A stretch of 64,000 nucleotides of DNA from an uncultured cyanobacterium (GTDB lineage Bacteria; Cyanobacteriota; Cyanobacteriia; Cyanobacteriales; CAWCAG01): assembly GCA_963793425.1 (NCBI GenBank), contig CAWCAG010000005.1, positions 778,174 through 842,173 on the forward strand, written 5' to 3'. Under the pieces are notes generated by a model, which was not told the DNA's origin, did not search any database, and saw only the letters and a program-made list of their open reading frames with translations. The position numbers and the translations under genes were made by a program. Below, piece by piece: positions 59,340 through 64,000 of this stretch (positions within the stretch are counted from its first letter, which is position 1; each line of letters starts with the position of its first letter).

Positions 59340-59425
59340 TTGCTAATTGCTAGTTGCCAATTGCTCTCTCCCTAGCTCCCTAGCTCCCTAGCTCCCTAGC
59401 CCCCCAGCTCCCAAGCTCCCCAGCT
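59333..59425. repeat. two abutting simple-sequence arrays: TTGCTAA x4.7 (59333-59365) and CCCTAGCT x7 (59370-59425)
   Basis: Together they occupy the entire spacer between two convergent genes and overlap both stop codons. Confidence 0.9.
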
Positions 59426-60182
59426 AATTAACAGTAAAGCCACCATCTACGGTAATTCCTTGCCCTAAGACAAAAGAAGCTTCAGGGGAAGATAACCAAA
59501 CCACTGCATCGGCAATTTCTTCTGGTTTACCAAATCTGCCAATAGGATGCAAAGACTTCGTTTGTTCTATGAGGGCAGCATCTCTTTCTAGAAACTCTTC
59601 TAGCATTCGAGTTTCAGTGAACCCTGGACAAACTGCATTAATCCGAATCTCTTGTTTGGCGTATGCTAAGGCAGCAGACTTCGTTAAACCCAGTACGGCG
59701 TGTTTAGAAGCAACATAGATTGCATGGCCAGGAAAGCCGACTAGACCAGCAATAGAGGCATTATTAACAATAGTCCCACCCCCGTTGGCTAACATATATT
59801 CAATTTCACATTTCATGGAATACCAGACTCCTTTAACGTTGACACCCATCACCAAATCGAAAGTTTCTTCCTTTTGATCTGGGAGCATAGCTTGAGGATC
59901 TTCTACTCCAGCATTGTTAAAAGCAGCGTGCAACCCACCGTAAGTATCGACTGTGTATTTGATTAAGTTTTGGACATTTTCAAATTTAGTTACATCTGCT
60001 TGACAAAAGCTAGCTTTACCCCCAGCTTTTTGAATTAGTTCAACGGTTTCTTGACCACCTTTTTCATGATGATCACCAACTACTACGGATGCCCCTTCCG
60101 AAGCAAATTTGAGGGCAGTAGCCCTACCAATACCAAAACTGCCACCAGTAACTAATGCCACTTTGTCAACAAATCGATCCAT
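59424..60182 (-). CDS. short-chain dehydrogenase/reductase (SDR)
   Basis: 252 aa. TGGSFGIGRA, NNAG and YVASKHAV. Confidence 0.9.
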   Translation of the reverse strand: MDRFVDKVALVTGGSFGIGRATALKFASEGASVVVGDHHEKGGQETVELIQKAGGKASFCQADVTKFENVQNLIKYTVDTYGGLHAAFNNAGVEDPQAMLPDQKEETFDLVMGVNVKGVWYSMKCEIEYMLANGGGTIVNNASIAGLVGFPGHAIYVASKHAVLGLTKSAALAYAKQEIRINAVCPGFTETRMLEEFLERDAALIEQTKSLHPIGRFGKPEEIADAVVWLSSPEASFVLGQGITVDGGFTVN

Positions 60183-60354
60183 AGATTTAACCTATTAAAC
60201 CCTAGTTTATTCGTACACTCTTAGCTTGCAAACCAACATTCTCTGCCCTACATTTAATCCCCATCAAGGGCGACCCAATTAGTTTAATTTATCGGTGGCT
60301 AAAATAACAACAGACGGTCGCCCCTACATTATGGTATTTCTTCCGAATAAATAT

Positions 60355-60540
60355 CTAAACCCCTCTTGTTATTAATCCTCTCAGAGAAGTAATCAAGACT
60401 GCGATCGCAATAATAATAGCGGCTGGTGTGTCTCCATGTTCTAGTAATGTTGCCAAGTTAATTTCGATGGTTGGTTCAGGAATAGTGATTACTTGGTTGG
60501 TGGGGATTTGATTGTTTAATTGAGTTTCTTGGCAAGTCAT
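60355..60540 (-). CDS. hypothetical small protein with C-terminal TM helix
   Basis: 61-aa ORF divergent from the HTH-NTPase gene. AAIIIAIAVLITSL is hydrophobic. There is no other support. Confidence 0.3.
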   Translation of the reverse strand: MTCQETQLNNQIPTNQVITIPEPTIEINLATLLEHGDTPAAIIIAIAVLITSLRGLITRGV

Positions 60541-60690
60541 GATGATTAATTACTCTGTGTGTTTATTGTTATTAACATCATCTCTTGCAGTCCATATGAA
60601 AGTCAGTAGGGCGATGTTAGAAGATTAGCAAAATGAGAATGTAAGCTATTGTAAGATTTGAGATACGGTGCAAATTATCCGTCCTAACTT

Positions 60691-61704
60691 ATGGCACAAG
60701 AAGAACAGAAACAGCTAATTGAAATATTAGAAGCACAACAGGGTAAATTTCTTAACGATAGTGAGAAAGCTGTTTTGCAAGGAATGTTGGCTGGGCAAAC
60801 TTACGAAGTTGTTAGTAAGGAAATTCCTTTAGATTACAATTATGTGCGGCAAATTGGCAGCAAATTGGTTAAAGATATTGGTGAAATTTTAAACAAAAAA
60901 GTCACGAAAAACACTCTTGCTGCTGCAGTAGAACAGCTTTTAGGGCAACAATTAAAACAAGAACCAAAATCGCAGCCCTTAAATCTTGATAATCCTTTTA
61001 TTCCTACTAGCGGAATTATTGAAACGCCACAGCTATTTTTCAATCGCGAGAAGGAAATCAAAGATATTTTTGAGTTACTAAATAGTCGTTCTAGCGTAGC
61101 TGTAATTGGAGAAAGACAAGTTGGTAAGTCTTCTTTACTTCAAGCCATTTTTCGTCAAGCAGAAACTCAATTACAACCTCCCCGTCGTCCTATTTACTTA
61201 CATTTGCAAGGAATTAGTAATGAGGAGGATTTTTATGCTTATCTTTGTGATGAAATTGATATTCCTCTGCAAACAGGTTATCAGTTAACTCGTGCTTTGA
61301 AAAAGCAGCATTTATTGTTACTTATTGACGAAATTGAAAAGATGAATGGGCCAGGTTTTACCCGTGATGTGAGAGAAAAACTTAGGAGTTTAGCAGAAGG
61401 AGAAAATGCGCCTTTGCGTTTAGTAGTGGCGGCGCGGACACCTTTAACAGAATTATTTCCCGACGATGAGCCTGGTAAAACCTCTCCCTTAGCTAACATT
61501 TGTCCACCCGTAGAAGTTCCGATTTGGCCAGAAAAAACAGCCCGTGATTTTATCCAATCTCGTTTAGCCATGTCCCCATTAAGTTCAACAATTACTTTCT
61601 CCGATTCAGAAATAGAAAGTCTATTAAAAGAAAGCAACTGTCACCCTCAAAAGCTAACCAGATTGTGCAATAAACTATATAGCAGCAAAAAAGGAGAAAT
61701 CTAA
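60691..61704 (+). CDS. P-loop NTPase (AAA/ATPase_2-like) with an N-terminal LuxR/sigma70-r4-like HTH
   Basis: 337 aa. The N-terminus LNDSEKAVLQGMLAGQTYEVVSKEI...YVRQIGSKLVKDI looks like an HTH. Then NPFIP...FFNREKEIKDIFELL, Walker A VIGERQVGKSSLL and Walker B LLLLIDEIEKM. Confidence 0.7.
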   Translation: MAQEEQKQLIEILEAQQGKFLNDSEKAVLQGMLAGQTYEVVSKEIPLDYNYVRQIGSKLVKDIGEILNKKVTKNTLAAAVEQLLGQQLKQEPKSQPLNLDNPFIPTSGIIETPQLFFNREKEIKDIFELLNSRSSVAVIGERQVGKSSLLQAIFRQAETQLQPPRRPIYLHLQGISNEEDFYAYLCDEIDIPLQTGYQLTRALKKQHLLLLIDEIEKMNGPGFTRDVREKLRSLAEGENAPLRLVVAARTPLTELFPDDEPGKTSPLANICPPVEVPIWPEKTARDFIQSRLAMSPLSSTITFSDSEIESLLKESNCHPQKLTRLCNKLYSSKKGEI

Positions 61705-61778
61705 CCCATAATCAACACATGATCTGGAATGTTGTAAGCATATACCGCCCACGAATAAATTCGCTGTCTCATAGCAAA

Positions 61779-61907
61779 AGTCATCTGAAGATGACTAGGA
61801 TACTGGTTTTTGGTAATTTGGTTACACTCTTTCCTAGGAAAAATCCCAGCACTGGTAGTCATCTTTAAGATGACTTAGGCTATTAGCCAGGGATTTTAAT
61901 CCTTGGC
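61779..61907. repeat. cluster of three short perfect or near-perfect hairpins (MITE-like dispersed-repeat module)
   Basis: agtcatc-tgaa-gatgact (61779-61796), agtcatc-tttaa-gatgact (61857-61875) and gccagggat-tttaa-tccttggc (61886-61907). The cluster lies in a 287-nt non-coding spacer. Confidence 0.6.
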
Positions 61908-61991
61908 GGGTTGAGTGAATAAGCAATTCATCTCTTTTTTGCAGCCTTCCAAGTTGTGTCAACAAAACCTACAACTCCCTACTCCTTAACC

Positions 61992-64000
61992 ATGACAGTT
62001 CCTCGCCTAGACTTAGCCCCAAAACTAAAGCGCCCTTTATCTCTTTGGAATCCTTTAGATTATTTGCGTTTACTCTATTGGGTGTTTTATTTTCCACAAG
62101 CTTTGCGATGGTATGGGGAAACTTTTGGTAGTGGGGTGAGTTTGAGTGATAAAAAGACTTGGCGAGAAAAATGGCAGTTGTTAACTGAGGATACTGTACA
62201 GCTTAAGTTTTTGCTACAGGGTTTGTTACTAACTTTTGTTGCACCATTACTGTTTTATTGGCTATTGGAAAGACGAGGAATTAATATCAGTTGGTTTGGT
62301 GTTGCGGTTGGTATTGCAGTAGGTGTTTTATTTTGCGTTTTGTTGAGCGTTGCAAATGGTGTTGAGGTTGGTATTGCAGCAGGGGTTTCGTTTAGCATTT
62401 CGTGGGGCATTTTGTTTAGCGTTGCGGTTGGTATTGCTGGAGGTGTTGCCACGGGAATTGCAGCATTCGCTGTCTTTAGTGTTGCAGGAGGCATTCCGTT
62501 AGGTGTTGTGACAGTTGCAGCATTCGCTGTCTTTAATGTTGCGATAAGTCTTGTGGCAGGTGTTTCGTTTAGCGTTTCGTTTGGAATTACAATAAGCTTA
62601 AGCATACTTCGCTTAGAAGCCTGGCTACTTGGCACAATCTTTTTCCCAAATCAGTTGTGGCAAACAAAACTAACTTGGAGTAGGACTACCTATCTTCCCT
62701 TGTTTGCCCTCTCCTCTCAGATCAAAACATGGATCAATCAAGATGAGTCAATTGCTATAGATAATATCAATCAGATTCTACGCTATACTCTCCAATGGAT
62801 TCCTGTAGTCAATGCTATTAACCAAGCACTAGCAGTAACTCCCAATGAACGAATTATTTGGCGAGTTACTCAGCTAACAAAATCTCCTTTTGACTGGAAG
62901 TTAATTCACCTTGCTTCTACTTCTTTGCAAGAAGAAATGAAATTGAGGGTTGTAGATATTCTTTTCTTGTTTTCTGGTCATTTGCAGCGTAGAATAATCC
63001 GTTTCTATCGAGGTACACGCCTTGACACATTCCCTCGTGCTACTGCTGCTGGCTTCTGGTATCTCCACGAAAAAGAACCCGCAAAAGCCCTGAAAGCATT
63101 CACTATTGTTCGTTCTCTGCTGTATGGCGAAGAACTCTTCATCCTTGCCCAAACCCTGACTAATTTCCACGAAATCCAAACCCTAAAAGACATTGCAGCA
63201 ATACCTTTGCCTACTCCTCCCCTGGAACCTTGGTTACGCCCCACAACCTGGGAAGCTATAGCAAAATTCCGACGGGCTATTGAAGATATCAAAGTAGTCC
63301 AATCTGGAACCTCTCGCGCCGCTAGATCCTTGGCTTTGAACCGCGCCCAAGGGGCATTGAAAGAAATATTAGATAACAAAGAAACTCTACCAGAAGCGGA
63401 AAGAGAGTTAATCATTGACATTGCTGCCACTTGGCAAGAAACTCTCCTCAGCATCACCGCAGAAATTGGTGAACTCGCCATCACCCAACCAGTAAAAAAT
63501 CCCTACATTGTTGGTGATCCTGTCACCGGGCAGCTTTTCCAAGGTAGAGAAGACATTCTGCGGCAATTAGAAGAACTTTGGGTAATGGGGGAACAACTGC
63601 AATCTGTGGTAATTTATGGGCATCGCCGCATGGGAAAAACCTCTCTGTTACTCAATGCTTCCAACTGTGTAGGAACAGGAATTAAAGTAGCCTTTATTAA
63701 CTTGCAGATATTAGGAAATTGCCCTCAAGGAGTAGTTGATATTTTAATTGCGATCGCCGATAGTATTTCTGAAGCAATTAATCTGCCTCCACCCCCAGAT
63801 GAAGAAATGCTCAGACTGCCCCAACGTGCTTTTAGACGTTACTTAAAGCAAGTAGAGGAAAAACTTAACCAAGAAAGCTTAATCGTTGCCTTAGACGAAT
63901 TTGAGAAAATTGAAGAATTAATCACAGCAGGTAAACTTTCCCCTGACTTCCTGGGTTTCCTCCGAGGTTGTGTACAACTTAGTTCTCGCATTGCCTTTGC
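61992..64000 (+). CDS. multi-TM glycine-zipper repeat domain fused to a P-loop NTPase (partial, continues past the window end)
   Basis: Not in the supplied track. My translation from the ATG at 61992 has no stop over 669 codons. It contains about 110 aa of G/A/V/F-rich TM repeats, then NPYIVGDPVTGQLFQGRED, Walker A YGHRRMGKTSLL (~63618-63650) and Walker B LIVALDEFEKI (~63879). Confidence 0.8.
   Translation, partial: MTVPRLDLAPKLKRPLSLWNPLDYLRLLYWVFYFPQALRWYGETFGSGVSLSDKKTWREKWQLLTEDTVQLKFLLQGLLLTFVAPLLFYWLLERRGINISWFGVAVGIAVGVLFCVLLSVANGVEVGIAAGVSFSISWGILFSVAVGIAGGVATGIAAFAVFSVAGGIPLGVVTVAAFAVFNVAISLVAGVSFSVSFGITISLSILRLEAWLLGTIFFPNQLWQTKLTWSRTTYLPLFALSSQIKTWINQDESIAIDNINQILRYTLQWIPVVNAINQALAVTPNERIIWRVTQLTKSPFDWKLIHLASTSLQEEMKLRVVDILFLFSGHLQRRIIRFYRGTRLDTFPRATAAGFWYLHEKEPAKALKAFTIVRSLLYGEELFILAQTLTNFHEIQTLKDIAAIPLPTPPLEPWLRPTTWEAIAKFRRAIEDIKVVQSGTSRAARSLALNRAQGALKEILDNKETLPEAERELIIDIAATWQETLLSITAEIGELAITQPVKNPYIVGDPVTGQLFQGREDILRQLEELWVMGEQLQSVVIYGHRRMGKTSLLLNASNCVGTGIKVAFINLQILGNCPQGVVDILIAIADSISEAINLPPPPDEEMLRLPQRAFRRYLKQVEEKLNQESLIVALDEFEKIEELITAGKLSPDFLGFLRGCVQLSSRIAF

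Noticed and set aside
59333-59425. Tandem arrays here and at 29703-29796, 33008-33040 and 52016-52132 as possible CRISPR arrays.
   Set aside because: The unit length is 7-8 nt with no spacers. CRISPR repeats are about 28-37 nt, separated by unique spacers of similar length. No cas genes are present in the window.
60183-60690. The 508-nt low-coding region as a possible structured RNA gene (RNase P RNA, tmRNA, 6S, SRP RNA).
   Set aside because: I could not find the universally conserved RNase P (GAGGAAAGUCC) or tmRNA/SRP core motifs. The only structure seen is an 8-bp GGGCGACC/GGTCGCCC inverted repeat with a 40-nt loop, typical of short cyanobacterial repeats.
62255-63484. Three minus-strand track ORFs (62255-62635, 62901-63179, 63005-63484), including a PTAIPTATP-type low-complexity protein.
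   Set aside because: All lie antisense to a much longer uninterrupted + strand frame (61992->64000) that has clear Walker A/B motifs. The low-complexity reading is the mirror image of the G/A/V-rich TM repeats.

Overview
This is a 64-kb chromosomal window from a cyanobacterium. I counted about 30 copies of the HIP1 octamer GCGATCGC by eye. Many gene spacers hold heptamer or octamer simple-sequence arrays. The gene content also fits: a PetC3-like Rieske protein, a CyaB1-like adenylate cyclase, a Uma2 nuclease and pentapeptide-repeat proteins. The backbone is housekeeping: rplS, tRNA-Trp-secE-nusG-rplK-rplA-rplJ-rplL, moaD, ruvA, rodZ-like, efp-accB, nnr, mnmA, recN, fghA, ggt and queG. Signalling genes are unusually dense. 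They include an Amt-PAS-PP2C fusion with SiaB/SiaC-like partners, two histidine kinase pairs, a REC-GAF-PP2C with an RsbW-like kinase, a NarL-type regulator and a GAF-GAF-PAS cyclase. Five spots deserve a second look. (1) At 60.3-64 kb there are two paralogous P-loop NTPases with different N-termini, one HTH-like and one a repeated glycine-zipper membrane module. The second is a >669-codon ORF that is missing from the supplied track because it runs off the window. (2) The Amt-PP2C partner-switch operon lies at 0.1-3.6 kb. (3) An AT-rich, HIP1-free islet at 7.8-9.5 kb carries a disrupted AIPR abortive-infection gene. (4) A tandem-globin/TM/pentapeptide fusion at 23.4-25.2 kb has a one-base frameshift and a 156-nt perfectly identical internal duplication. 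(5) An internally deleted ISL3 transposase relic sits next to a methionine-free orphan ORF at 47.8-49.1 kb. I saw no rRNA, CRISPR array, prophage or intact IS element. All functional calls come from motif recognition by eye, with no database search.
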